DNA of 32,000 nucleotides from Nostoc punctiforme PCC 73102. Lineage in GTDB: Bacteria; Cyanobacteriota; Cyanobacteriia; Cyanobacteriales; Nostocaceae. Of the stretch, positions 1 to 10,029 are shown one piece after another (the stretch's first letter is position 1; every line of letters begins with the position of its first letter). The notes below the pieces were generated by a model that ran no database searches, was not told the origin of the DNA, and saw only the letters and a program-made list of their open reading frames with translations. A program made the translations under genes and the position numbers. The stretch spans positions 7,950,001 to 7,982,000 of the forward strand of contig NC_010628.1 of NCBI RefSeq assembly GCF_000020025.1, written 5' to 3'.

Positions 1-273
1 TCGATCGATACAGTCAGAATCGAGACTATTAAAGGGCACATTTTGATGAATATAGTCGAGAAATTGAGTTATGGTCTGACCAGAACCACATTGAGAGATG
101 TAATGCACGTCAGCACAAAAATGGTATTCTCCGTAATCAAAGGTGTGACAGCATCCGCCAGGTAAATAATGTTGCTCTAGAACTACTACCCGATAGCCTT
201 GTCGAGTTAAACAGGCTGCGGCCGAAAGCCCACCTAGTCCGGCTCCCAGAATCACATAGTCGAAGATTTCCAT
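1..273 (-). CDS. FAD/NAD(P)-binding oxidoreductase, N-terminal part (gene runs off the window start)
   Basis: Manual minus-strand translation from the ATG at 271-273 gives MEIFDYVILGAGLGGLSAAACLTRQGYRVVVLEQHYLPGGCCHTF..., open to position 1. It shows a GxGxxG Rossmann motif followed by VLE, as in phytoene-desaturase/amine-oxidase-like flavoproteins. Not in the ORF track because it is truncated. Confidence 0.6.
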   Translation of the reverse strand, partial: MEIFDYVILGAGLGGLSAAACLTRQGYRVVVLEQHYLPGGCCHTFDYGEYHFCADVHYISQCGSGQTITQFLDYIHQNVPFNSLDSDCIDR

Positions 274-1198
274 ATCAGCCTCCTTTGGCAATTTTGATTT
301 CTATTGATTTCGGTGTTATGACTTTTTATCACCGTTCTTGTAGTTTTAGAAATGCCAAAATACTCAGCGTATCTTCACCTAGATTTGTAGATTTTATCTA
401 ATAAAAATTAGGTAGAAGAGCCATTCGATATAAGGTGTAAGGATTTTTCTCGGTGATAATGGTAATTCCTGCATCGCTAAATATCAAAAGATTTAGCGAA
501 TAATTTAGCTAACATTTAGATACCCTGAAAGATGTTTAAAGTAGCCACTTAACTTAGCTATGAATTCTTGTCAAGGCTTGCAGATAGTTAGCAGAAGATA
601 ATTTAAGAATCTCAGTCTTGTTAAGGAGCATCCTCAATTTTGCTATTGTGCTGCATTCAGACAGGAATGAGAGAATTAAAAAACGAACCGTAAATAACAC
701 AACATCAAGAGATTTATAAAGGATTTTTGCGTCAATTTAGTGATTTTTTGAAAAATTTGGATGCTCCCGTATTTTTATCCATCCTTTATTTATTCAGCTT
801 ATCGAAAACCAAAAAAATGTTTGATAATGTTTGCTTTTCTTAATGAATATTGGCTAAGGTTTAAATTACTTTAAAGTTTACTTGCTAGATAAGTGCAAGA
901 GCTAAAAAAAGATTATCTATTAGGAGCTGAATACCTAGGAAACAGCTATTAAATATCAAAAATTTATTGCTATTAACACAAGTATAAATGCACAACTTTA
1001 TACCCTATTCTATACACGTAATATCATTTCTCGAAATACCTGATACAAATGATTTGTTTCTAACTCTTTCTCCCTGCTACCTATTTGTACCAACTTTAAA
1101 GTGAAACAGTATAAGAGCTTCTCTCAAGGTATGAGATGAGAACTGCTTTGTATCCCAAAATCCTTGTAGAAGTGAGAATGTCACTCTACAATTAACTA

Positions 1199-2146
1199 AT
1201 GACTATTGACCCATTTGCAGCACTTGTAGGACAACCGCAAGCCATAGAATTACTGACTCAGGCTGTCAGACAAAACCGGGTTGCTCCAGCGTATCTATTT
1301 GTGGGGCCAGATGGTGTAGGAAGAAGTTTAGCAGCCAGGTGTTTTGTGGAATTGCTATTTTCTAGTGAGTTGGGAGTCACTGCAGCTTTACAAAACCGTT
1401 TGCGTCAGGGGAACCATCCAGCTTTGTTGTGGGTGCAACCGACGTACCAATACCAGGGACAACGATTAACAGCAGCAGAAGCGGCTGAGAAAGGACTGAA
1501 GCGTAAAGCACCACCTGTAATTCGGCTAGAGCAAATTCGGGAAATTACCGAGTTTTTAAGTCGTCCGCCCTTGGAAGCACCAAGGAATGTGGTGGTGCTG
1601 GAAGAAGCCCAAACAATGGCAGAAGCCGCAGCCAATGCTTTACTTAAAACTTTGGAAGAACCGGGACAGGCGACGTTAATTTTAATTGCACCTACACCTG
1701 AGTCTGTTTTGCCAACTTTGGTGTCCCGCTGTCAACGCATTCCTTTTTATCGCTTAGATGCACAGTCTTTGGCTGTTGTACTTACACAAACAAGTCATCA
1801 AGAAATTTTGCAAAATCAGGCAGTGCTGAGTATAGCAGCTGGCAGTGCTGGAAGTGCGATCGCATCTTACGAGCAATTACAAACTATTCCCCCGGAGTTA
1901 CTCGAAGATTTGAAAAAAGCCCCTGCTTCCTACCGCAAAGCCTTGGAGTTAGCCAAGAAAATTGATAAGGATTTAGATACAGAAGCCCAACTGTGGTTAG
2001 TTGATTACCTTCAGCAATTCTACTGGCAGCGTTGGCATCAACCCAGTATTATTAATCATCTAGAAAAATCTCGTCAATACTTGCTTGCTTACGCTCAACC
2101 TAGGCTTGTTTGGGAATGCCTGCTTCTATCTATATGTCAAAAATAA
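1199..2146 (+). CDS. holB: DNA polymerase III subunit delta' (clamp loader)
   Basis: 315-aa ORF with LVGQPQAIELL...APAYLFVGPDGVGRSLAA (degenerate P-loop), VVVLEEAQ (Walker B-like), LKTLEEP and an SRCQ motif, all typical of delta'. Confidence 0.85.
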   Translation: MTIDPFAALVGQPQAIELLTQAVRQNRVAPAYLFVGPDGVGRSLAARCFVELLFSSELGVTAALQNRLRQGNHPALLWVQPTYQYQGQRLTAAEAAEKGLKRKAPPVIRLEQIREITEFLSRPPLEAPRNVVVLEEAQTMAEAAANALLKTLEEPGQATLILIAPTPESVLPTLVSRCQRIPFYRLDAQSLAVVLTQTSHQEILQNQAVLSIAAGSAGSAIASYEQLQTIPPELLEDLKKAPASYRKALELAKKIDKDLDTEAQLWLVDYLQQFYWQRWHQPSIINHLEKSRQYLLAYAQPRLVWECLLLSICQK

Positions 2147-2404
2147 AAATTGCACTCACAAACTTTTGTACAAATAGCAATATTAAATAATATTACTTAA
2201 GCGCCTGTAAATAATTAGTACTTGTGTATTATTGATATTAAGCTACGCAAAACGTCTTGTAGAGAATGCGGCGAGTTAAAAGACATTACCCAAAAACACT
2301 GTAATTTGCTTAATTTTTAAATCTTCATAGCAAACAAAAGTCTTGCGGAGGATGACTAATAAAGGCTGTCCGATTACTATCTTTGAAGATTGTACCCGTG
2401 ACTT

Positions 2405-3025
2405 ATGATGAAGTTATCGCAGACAATTCCAGTTCTTTTTTTAGGGGCAATTTTGGCTGTGCTTTCCCCTGAACTTTGTGCTGCTTTCAATGTTCAAGAG
2501 GTAGCTAGTCTTGGCCAAACATCAAGCGATTTACCAGTAGTCAAATCAGCAGGATTGTCCCCCGATATGGATGTCCCTTGGTCGAAAGCCGTGAGAATTG
2601 TTGATCCCTTTGAAGGGGAATTTCTTGGGGTTTTTGACCGCAACTCTTTAGATGGCTATTTGTACCGTGAAGGTTCAAAACAAGTTATTAGCTTGTGGAC
2701 TCCTTCAAGCATTCGAGTCCTTGTGACAGTAAATTCTGGTCAAGCAAAGTCTTCTTTCTATACCGCAGGTTATGTATATCCCAGACATGACTTTATTAGG
2801 TTTGTCACTACTAAGAAAGTCGATAAAATTTTGCTCAAAGTCAGAGAAAAAGTTTTTAAATTAGACGGTTCAATCGGTAGTTTTGCTGTCAGTCAAGAAT
2901 TAGCTACTGCTTTAAAAAATGCTCCAGATGAAAACTTAAACATCAGGCTAATCTTGGAAGGTGGTCAAACTGTTGATAGCGAAATTGGCAAAGGTACAGT
3001 GAAAGGTTGGCGAAGCATTTATTAA
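2405..3025 (+). CDS. hypothetical secreted protein
   Basis: 206-aa ORF with an ATG start and a signal-peptide-like N-terminus (MMKLSQTIPVLFLGAILAVLSPELCAA). No family recognised. Confidence 0.55.
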   Translation: MMKLSQTIPVLFLGAILAVLSPELCAAFNVQEVASLGQTSSDLPVVKSAGLSPDMDVPWSKAVRIVDPFEGEFLGVFDRNSLDGYLYREGSKQVISLWTPSSIRVLVTVNSGQAKSSFYTAGYVYPRHDFIRFVTTKKVDKILLKVREKVFKLDGSIGSFAVSQELATALKNAPDENLNIRLILEGGQTVDSEIGKGTVKGWRSIY

Positions 3026-3223
3026 GCAAACGCTCTTATATGGGACATAATTCTGATTCAAATAATGACCAAATAATTACTAATTTGTAATACTTCTAGA
3101 AAGTGCAAAGTGCTACTTAATTAGTAACTATATGAATGCTCGTGAGACATTGCTGGCGTTTAGAGGTCTAGTCTGAAACGCCCAATTGCATAGGTGTAGT
3201 CCGTCGTAGACATCGCTCTTTAA

Positions 3224-3532
3224 TTATCCAAGGCTTTGAGACTGCTGGTAGCGGCGTAAAGCAGATTGGATATTTTTTTTACAAACCTCTTCACCAATTA
3301 CCTGAGAAAGCGATATCTAACGAGAAGCCGCTACGCGTCTACGCTACAACTGAGAACCCACTTGTTTGATATAGTCGTGTTCATAACTTATATGAATCTG
3401 CTCCGCAATTTCCGCATAGGTGTGTCCTAGCCAACTTTCCAGCAAAACCACAGATTGAACATCATTGAGTCTTTGCCCAAAGGTAGAGCATAAAAGAGTA
3501 TCAACTAGATTCAGCGCCTCTTGTGCTGTCAT
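3224..3532 (-). pseudogene. small HTH-type module gene interrupted by a 30-nt in-frame repeat carrying two TAG codons
   Basis: The 62-aa ORF (3344-3532) ends ...YIKQVGSQL then TAG. The same frame continues after 3317-3346 (tag cgt aga cgc gta gcg gct tct cgt tag) as ISLSQVIGEEVCKKNIQSALRRYQQSQSLG then TAA at 3224-3226. The sequence resembles the N-terminal HTH module seen on many large cyanobacterial signalling/STAND proteins; this is recalled from memory, not searched. Confidence 0.45.
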
Positions 3533-3728
3533 GGGTGAGCCTGCTTTATTTCTACGTTGAACTTAAGAAATATCTCCTTGAAATAATATATTTACGTAAA
3601 ATGTCACATTTATTTACAGCAAAAACTCACTTTATCTCACCGACAGAGCGCTTATATTTAAGCTAATAATTAATACAGTGTAATTAAATTATGCTTACAT
3701 CTCAAAGTATAAAAAGGAAATCAGCAAG

Positions 3729-4490
3729 ATGAAATTTGGTATTGATATGGGACACAACTGTCCTCCAGATACAGGAGCAACAGGCATCAAACAAGAAGAT
3801 GCTTTAACTAAAGCAGTTGGTACACAATTGATACAAAAACTCAGAGCAGCAAATCATACCGCCATCGATTGCACTCCTACAAGTGCTAGTAGCGTAACCG
3901 ATTCTCTCAGACAAAGAACTAATAAAGCGAATGCCAATAACGTTAATGTCTATGTTTCGATTCACTTTAATAAATTTAACGCTAAAGCTCATGGCACAGA
4001 AATTTATGCCATTAGTAACGCATCACAAGGTATTGCTGAATCAGTTCTCAAAGAAATTGTTCAACTTGGTTTTTATAACAGAGGGGTGAAAGATACAGGT
4101 TTCTTTGTTCTAAAGAATACACAAATGCCAGCTATTTTAATTGAGTGCTGCTTTTGTGATGCCAAAGTAGATATGGATCTATTCGATGTTGAAAAAATGG
4201 CGGAGGCAATTAAAGATGGATTAATAGGTCAGCCAAAACCAAAGGAACCTAAAGCTGATAAGAAATACATTTTGGAAATAACAACAAAAACCTTCTTAAA
4301 GCCTTCTACAGAACAGGCATCAGACTTACCAAAAGATTCTATCTTTGAGATTGAGCCAGGAGATTACCCAGTTTTGGATGTCAGTTTTGAAGAAAATCAT
4401 TATTCAGTTAAGTGGCCCGATCAAAGTAAAGGAAACCGAAACGAGCATTTTGTTTATGCTGGGCATGCCAAAGTTATAGAAAAAGATTAA
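3729..4490 (+). CDS. N-acetylmuramoyl-L-alanine amidase (amidase_3 family) with C-terminal putative cell-wall-binding domain; no signal peptide
   Basis: 253-aa ORF with GIDMGHN, VYVSIHFN, GTEIY, FFVLKNTQMPAILIECCF motifs of zinc amidase_3 enzymes. The N-terminus is not hydrophobic. Confidence 0.85.
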   Translation: MKFGIDMGHNCPPDTGATGIKQEDALTKAVGTQLIQKLRAANHTAIDCTPTSASSVTDSLRQRTNKANANNVNVYVSIHFNKFNAKAHGTEIYAISNASQGIAESVLKEIVQLGFYNRGVKDTGFFVLKNTQMPAILIECCFCDAKVDMDLFDVEKMAEAIKDGLIGQPKPKEPKADKKYILEITTKTFLKPSTEQASDLPKDSIFEIEPGDYPVLDVSFEENHYSVKWPDQSKGNRNEHFVYAGHAKVIEKD

Positions 4491-4581
4491 CTAATTCTAT
4501 TTCAATCATTTGTTCACATTTGTAACCCCGGTTTATCTAACAAATTGGGGTTATATAAATAGTTTTTAAAAGGAAAACTCC

Positions 4582-6147
4582 ATGCCATTACTAGATGATT
4601 TAGTAAACAATTATTCTAACAAAGATTTAGTAAAAATATTTACACAAGTTGGTATTGAAAGTACAAAAATTACCGATATCAATCGGCAAATATTAAAAGA
4701 AGTTACCCTCGCTCAATGGTTACTAGAATCTACCAGAGCTAAAAGCGATCTTGCTGTCAAGGCTAATAATTTTGCGGGATTAAAATGGCGGATTCCTGAT
4801 ATGAAGGGGTTTGCTGAACCGTTGAAAATCAAGGTTCCTTCTGAGCCAAAAGAAGTTGAGTTCTGTAAATTTACGGATATAGACGCTTTTATTATTGGTT
4901 ATTGGAAGTTTTTAACTCGCACACAGTATAAAGGTTTAGAAGAGTATACTAATACACCAGAAAATTTTCTTGGCTTTCTCAAGGCTAAAGGCTATTCATC
5001 CGATCCTAAATATGTCAGTAAAGTTGTAGATTTGCTTCCAGAGGCACAAAAGTTACTGGCTAATGCAGGTGGAGTCACTATTCCCGCTTCAGTTGAACAA
5101 CTTCAGTTAATTCGTGTGCCAAAAGAAGTTGAATTAGGGCAAAATTTCAGGGTTGAAGGCGTAGCACCTTTAACCAATAGTGGCAAAGTTTTGTCGATTA
5201 CGAGTGACGATCAATTTCTAGCCCTAAGTGTAGCAATTAGTCAGGATGGCAAATGGCAATTTGATTTCGTTTTTAAACAAGAAGGCGATCGCCGGATGAT
5301 AATTACTGTTGACGATCAAACTTTAGAGATCCCCATTAAAGTTGTTGTTCCTTTTGATAACAAGGACGATGAGAACACTCAACAACCTACAGCATCCAGC
5401 TTCCCAGGTGCGAAGGTAATCAAACTCGATGGTAGTGTGGGAATTGGCGGAGTCAATAAATCTGCTGATGTTAAGGCTATTAAGGGGCGATTGTATGAGC
5501 TAGGCTACAAATGGGTAGGCGATCCTGACAGTGCAGACAGAGACAGAGGACTATTTGATGCGATCAAACTATTTCAATCAATTATTGCCGGTCGCAGTAC
5601 TGTTAATGGTGATGGTAGAGTTGATGTTGGTGGAATAACTCATCGATGGTTGCAAGCAGCTAATGCACCACGGTGGGAGTTGATGCCAAAAAGTGACCCG
5701 AATAATGGTTTAGTTAACGGTGAACTGGAAGATACTCAAGATAACCACGATTTTGGAACACACTGGTTAGCTGATGTGATTAAAAAAATTGCCCAAGATT
5801 ATCAAAAAAGTTATCGTAACACTCACCCCCTAGCTGCTCCATTCGCAATTAACGATGTTAGTCTTCCTCATGGAGGCGATACTCCCGATCATCATGGACA
5901 TGAAACTGGCATGATGTGCGATATTTATTTACCCCAAAAAAATGGGAATTTTGGTGGTATTGTTTGGTCAAGTTCTAACTACGATCGAGATGCTGCACGA
6001 GCTATTCTCAAGTCTATTACTAATCAAAAGCTGGTACGGGCAGTCTTTTTCAACGATCAACAGCTAATTAAAGAGGGACTTTGTGTTTCTCTAAATGGTC
6101 ACGACAATCATATTCATTTTGAAATTAACCCACCAGTAAGGAGCTAA
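4582..6147 (+). CDS. multidomain peptidoglycan hydrolase: N-terminal glucosaminidase, PG_binding_1-like repeat, C-terminal LAS/MepA-like metallo-endopeptidase
   Basis: 521-aa ORF. It has LAQWLLESTRAKSDLAVKANNFAGLKW (glucosaminidase signature), DVKAIKGRLYELGYKWVG...LFDAIKLFQ (PG-binding), and HHGHETGMMCDIYL plus HDNHIHFE (Hx6D and HxH zinc ligands of LAS peptidases). No signal peptide. Confidence 0.8.
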   Translation: MPLLDDLVNNYSNKDLVKIFTQVGIESTKITDINRQILKEVTLAQWLLESTRAKSDLAVKANNFAGLKWRIPDMKGFAEPLKIKVPSEPKEVEFCKFTDIDAFIIGYWKFLTRTQYKGLEEYTNTPENFLGFLKAKGYSSDPKYVSKVVDLLPEAQKLLANAGGVTIPASVEQLQLIRVPKEVELGQNFRVEGVAPLTNSGKVLSITSDDQFLALSVAISQDGKWQFDFVFKQEGDRRMIITVDDQTLEIPIKVVVPFDNKDDENTQQPTASSFPGAKVIKLDGSVGIGGVNKSADVKAIKGRLYELGYKWVGDPDSADRDRGLFDAIKLFQSIIAGRSTVNGDGRVDVGGITHRWLQAANAPRWELMPKSDPNNGLVNGELEDTQDNHDFGTHWLADVIKKIAQDYQKSYRNTHPLAAPFAINDVSLPHGGDTPDHHGHETGMMCDIYLPQKNGNFGGIVWSSSNYDRDAARAILKSITNQKLVRAVFFNDQQLIKEGLCVSLNGHDNHIHFEINPPVRS

Positions 6148-6174
6148 TTGTTGGTGAGTTAGATGCCTTAGATT

Positions 6175-7488
6175 TTACAACTTCTGCCCTGCATAAATGG
6201 ATCGCACTTCACCATTACGGCGGATGACGGCTTCGCCATTACTAACCTCTACCAATGTCCAACCGCTTTGGCCAATGCTTTCACCCATATTGATGCGGCG
6301 AGTTACGCCATCAATTTTAAACAAAGCGGCAGATTTGTTACCTAACTCTAGCAATCCTTCTAGGGTATTACTCGGAGCAACTGCGATCGCAGTTGCCGGA
6401 TATACTTGTTCCTGGGTAATAGTTGGTTCTGACTCTGGCGCAAGTGCTGCACGTAATGGAACCACTGGTAATGCAGGTAGAGGCTTGGGTGTTTGCCGCA
6501 CAGTAATAGGTGCAGTTCGTCCAGCTATAGGTTTAAGTTCTGCTCGTACAGCCGCCGCTAACATATTGACGGTTACAGGCTTGGCAGCTTGTCGCACCGT
6601 ATTTAGGGCACTTTTCACCATGTTAGGTGGATATGCCTGCAATGCATTGGCAACTTGTGGTAGAAGTGTGGGACTACCAGGAATTGCTGGCAGCGCGTAG
6701 CGCATTGGCGACGGTGCTTGATAAACAGGAACATAGATCCGTTCAACAACGCTGCCAGAACGGTTAGAGGCTGGTGGTGTATTATTGGCCAGAAGTGGAA
6801 GTGGTGGTAAATTACCAGTTATTTGCCCGTTACCAAGGGCTATTTGATTAGTATTTGTCTGACTGGAGAATCCCGAACTGAAAGATTTTTGATTGCCTTT
6901 TAATTCTTGCTTGTCTATAACTGCCAACGCTCCTAGCATATAGTCAACCAAATCTGCCTCAATTTCTGTTTTTCCAGGCAATTGTGATTGCGTTTGCGGC
7001 GCTAGAAGAGCTTGCTGGGTCAAGTTGGGATTTAAAAGATATACGACTCCAGACTGTACCAAGTAGAGAATACCAGTGATCGCCACACCTAAAGTTGTTC
7101 CGACAATCAGCAGTTTGCCCAAAGTCCGACTGCTTTTTTGACGCTTTCTACTAACTGGTTTAATGGTGGTGTTATCAAAGACAACGGTACTCAAGTGCTT
7201 GTTGTTATTTTGAGTAACTGACTGTCCGTTTGGTAAGATAATCTGCGGTATCGTAACTGTTTGCAAAGGCACGTATTCTGGAGGCGAGTCGCGTCGAGCT
7301 TTGTTCTGCCTACCATGCCTAACGGTTTGAGAAGGCAGATTATCACTAACATCCAGAATGTAGTCGATATCGGCAAAGAGTTCATCCATGAGACCATCAG
7401 CATAGTTTTCTATCGACCAAGGCTCGTTGGCGATTAAGTCTTCTGATGGTTCTGGTACTATGAGACGGGTACTGGCTTCTTGTAACAT
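6175..7488 (-). CDS. proline-rich membrane-anchored hypothetical protein
   Basis: 437-aa ORF with an ATG at 7486-7488, one hydrophobic helix (LLIVGTTLGVAITGILYLV), a long P/A/Q-rich linker and a compact C-terminal beta-rich domain (GWTLVEVSNGEAVIRRNGEVRSIY) reminiscent of PilP/GspC-like domains. Confidence 0.6.
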   Translation of the reverse strand: MLQEASTRLIVPEPSEDLIANEPWSIENYADGLMDELFADIDYILDVSDNLPSQTVRHGRQNKARRDSPPEYVPLQTVTIPQIILPNGQSVTQNNNKHLSTVVFDNTTIKPVSRKRQKSSRTLGKLLIVGTTLGVAITGILYLVQSGVVYLLNPNLTQQALLAPQTQSQLPGKTEIEADLVDYMLGALAVIDKQELKGNQKSFSSGFSSQTNTNQIALGNGQITGNLPPLPLLANNTPPASNRSGSVVERIYVPVYQAPSPMRYALPAIPGSPTLLPQVANALQAYPPNMVKSALNTVRQAAKPVTVNMLAAAVRAELKPIAGRTAPITVRQTPKPLPALPVVPLRAALAPESEPTITQEQVYPATAIAVAPSNTLEGLLELGNKSAALFKIDGVTRRINMGESIGQSGWTLVEVSNGEAVIRRNGEVRSIYAGQKL

Positions 7489-7718
7489 AGACGTTCTGGG
7501 TTATTGCTAGGACGAGGAAACGCCGCGCCTACTGCCTGGGAGTTAGGATTACAGATGAGATATCCAATCCGCCGTCTTATTGAGACGAGTTGGTTAAGCG
7601 TTGGTATTAAAATCAACTTTAATCTGGGGATTGTTAATGATAGCAGTACTAATAGTTATGTCATCTATCATACCAATCTCCCTCCCTACTACTATACTCA
7701 GTCTTTATCAAGTTTGTG

Positions 7719-9641
7719 TTAAGCTAACGCTGGAAACTCTTGCTGGCTATTGATTTTACGCAATTCTAAATATAATAATAAAGCGTTAACATCGGCTGGG
7801 TTTACACCACCAATACGTGCTGCTTGACCAAGAGTGAGTGGTTTTACGTGAGTCAGCTTTTCCCGTGCCTCTTTGGAAAGGGTATCAATTGTTGTATAGT
7901 CCAAATCCGCAGGTAATTGGCGGTGGGCTTGACGGGCAATTTGGTCAATCTGATTTTGTTGCCTAGCGAGATAGCCATAATACTTGATGTCAATTTCTGC
8001 GCCTTCTTTCTCGGCGCGGTTGAGGTTGGGGTTTCCTAGTCCGAACCTGTCGAGGTCAACGTAATGAAATCCCGGACGGCGCAGTAAGTCGTTGAGGGTA
8101 ATTGAACCTTTGATTGCTTGTTGGGTATCAGATGCGATCGCTATTCCCATTTCATCATGTTCTTTGACTCGTGTAGCTTGTAATCTTTGTTTTTCTGTGA
8201 TAATGTTCGCTTGTTTTTGGGTAAATAGATCCCATCTGCGATCGTCAATTAAACCAATTTCTCGTCCCAAGGTTGTCAAACGTTGGTCGGCATTGTCAGA
8301 ACGCAATAATAAGCGGTACTCCGATCTACTGGTGAGCATCCGGTAAGGTTCCCGTAAATCCTTTGTACACAGGTCATCAACTAGTGTTCCAATGTAACTT
8401 TGCTCGCGGGCAAAAACAATCATTTCTTGAGAATGAACAAATCGAGCGGCGTTAATTCCCGCCACCAGTCCTTGGGCTGCGGCTTCTTCATAACCTGTCG
8501 TGCCGTTAATCTGCCCAGCACAAAACAATCCAGCAACCTTTTTCGTCATCAGTGTGGGGTAACACTGAGTTGCAGGTAAATAGTCATATTCCACAGCATA
8601 AGCCGGACGCAGCATTACACATTTTTCTAAACCGGGAAGAGTCCGCAACATTTGTAGTTGCAAATTTTCTGGCAACCCTGTAGAAAAGCCTTGGATATAA
8701 AGTTCGGGTATATCTCGTCCTTCTGGTTCAATAAAGATTTGATGGCTTTCCTTATCAGCAAAGCGCACAATTTTATCTTCAATACTGGGACAATAACGCG
8801 GCCCTTTGGCTTCCACCCAACCGCCATAAACTGGCGACAGGTGCAAATTATCTTGAATTAGGCGATGGGTTTCGGTGGTGGTGCGGGTGATGTAGCAGGG
8901 CATTTGTTCTCGTTCTACCCATGCTTCTGGGTCAAAGCTAAACCAGCGCACATCCTCATCTCCTGGCTGGATGAGCATTTTACTATAATCCACCGATCGC
9001 TTATCTACCCGTGCTGGGGTTCCAGTTTTAAGTCTTCCGGTTTCAAATCCCAGGCGATTTAGGGTTTGTGTCAATCCCTCAGCCGCAAATTCCCCAGCGC
9101 GTCCAGCCGGCATTGATTTGTTGCCAACCCAGATTTTGCCCCCCAGGAAAGTGCCAGTTGTCAAGATGACAGCTTTACATCGGAACCCTACACCAAAATA
9201 AGTTTCAACGCCGATGACTTCATCATTAGCACCCAGCACCAAATCTGTCACCATGCTTTCGCGGATTGTCAAGTTTTCTTGGTTCTCGACAATATTCTTC
9301 ATCACTGCTGCATATTCGCGCTTGTCCGTCTGGGCGCGTAATGCCCAAACAGCAGGCCCCCGTGAAGAGTTGAGGATACGTTTTTGCAGGTAGGTGCGGT
9401 CTGCTACTTTACCGATTTCCCCGCCGAGGGCATCTACCTCATGAGTCAACTGGGATTTTGCCGGGCCACCCACTGCTGGATTACAGGGTTGCCAAGCGAT
9501 TCTATCCAAGTTGAGCGTCAATAACAGGGTACGACAACCGAGGCGTGCAGAGGCAAGAGCCGCTTCGCAACCGGAGTGACCTGCACCGACGACTATGACA
9601 TCAAAAGCGTCTTGGAATTCAACGGAATTGTGCATGGTCAT
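7719..9641 (-). CDS. mnmG: tRNA uridine 5-carboxymethylaminomethyl modification enzyme MnmG (GidA)
   Basis: Unmistakable MnmG sequence ([18 protein letters not shown]..., [27 protein letters not shown]). The ORF-track start at 9731 is a TTG. ATGs at 9641 and 9635 (MTMHNSVEF) fit orthologue N-termini better. Confidence 0.95.
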   Translation of the reverse strand: MTMHNSVEFQDAFDVIVVGAGHSGCEAALASARLGCRTLLLTLNLDRIAWQPCNPAVGGPAKSQLTHEVDALGGEIGKVADRTYLQKRILNSSRGPAVWALRAQTDKREYAAVMKNIVENQENLTIRESMVTDLVLGANDEVIGVETYFGVGFRCKAVILTTGTFLGGKIWVGNKSMPAGRAGEFAAEGLTQTLNRLGFETGRLKTGTPARVDKRSVDYSKMLIQPGDEDVRWFSFDPEAWVEREQMPCYITRTTTETHRLIQDNLHLSPVYGGWVEAKGPRYCPSIEDKIVRFADKESHQIFIEPEGRDIPELYIQGFSTGLPENLQLQMLRTLPGLEKCVMLRPAYAVEYDYLPATQCYPTLMTKKVAGLFCAGQINGTTGYEEAAAQGLVAGINAARFVHSQEMIVFAREQSYIGTLVDDLCTKDLREPYRMLTSRSEYRLLLRSDNADQRLTTLGREIGLIDDRRWDLFTQKQANIITEKQRLQATRVKEHDEMGIAIASDTQQAIKGSITLNDLLRRPGFHYVDLDRFGLGNPNLNRAEKEGAEIDIKYYGYLARQQNQIDQIARQAHRQLPADLDYTTIDTLSKEAREKLTHVKPLTLGQAARIGGVNPADVNALLLYLELRKINSQQEFPALA

Positions 9642-10029
9642 ACTTACAGGATCGGCAAGCTTAGAGTTCTTTTCAATTTTAGCTGTTCCAGTGGTTTCAT
9701 GGATGTAACTTTCTAATAAAAAAGTTATCAAATTTACTAGTACTCAATTCAGAGACAAGTTTCTATTTTTAAACTTGAGTATTCAGTAAAAAATATTATA
9801 TTTTTTAAAGTTTGTGACAATATTCCGGGTTGTTTATCAGAACTATTGTTCACATATTTAGCAATTAGCACGAATTATTTTGTTACTGGCACACATTAGA
9901 TACTTTACATAAATGTATAAACCTATAGCTCGACTCTCATAATTTTTTTGTGGTTTTAACTTATTAATAACAAATGTTTAAGTAAGGCTATTAAATTTAC
10001 TTTTGAATCAACCAAGTAATTATTTTAAA

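Noticed and set aside
1405-1635. 76-aa ORF antisense to holB
   Set aside because: It lies entirely inside a well-supported gene on the opposite strand, has an Ala/Ser-rich mirror-frame composition, and has no independent signals.
6197-6700. 167-aa ORF antisense to the proline-rich gene
   Set aside because: The GC-rich, low-complexity antisense frame of a P/A-rich coding region stays open by composition. The sense ORF is much longer and has an ATG, a TM helix and a folded C-terminal domain.
7504-7722. 72-aa ORF between the proline-rich gene and mnmG
   Set aside because: It has a non-ATG start, no SD and no recognisable features, and it overlaps the mnmG stop. It is most likely a chance ORF in a 3'/5' intergenic region.
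9642-9731. 30-codon N-terminal extension of mnmG from a TTG start
   Set aside because: The conserved MnmG sequence begins at [17 protein letters not shown]. The extension has no homology signal and starts with a rare codon.
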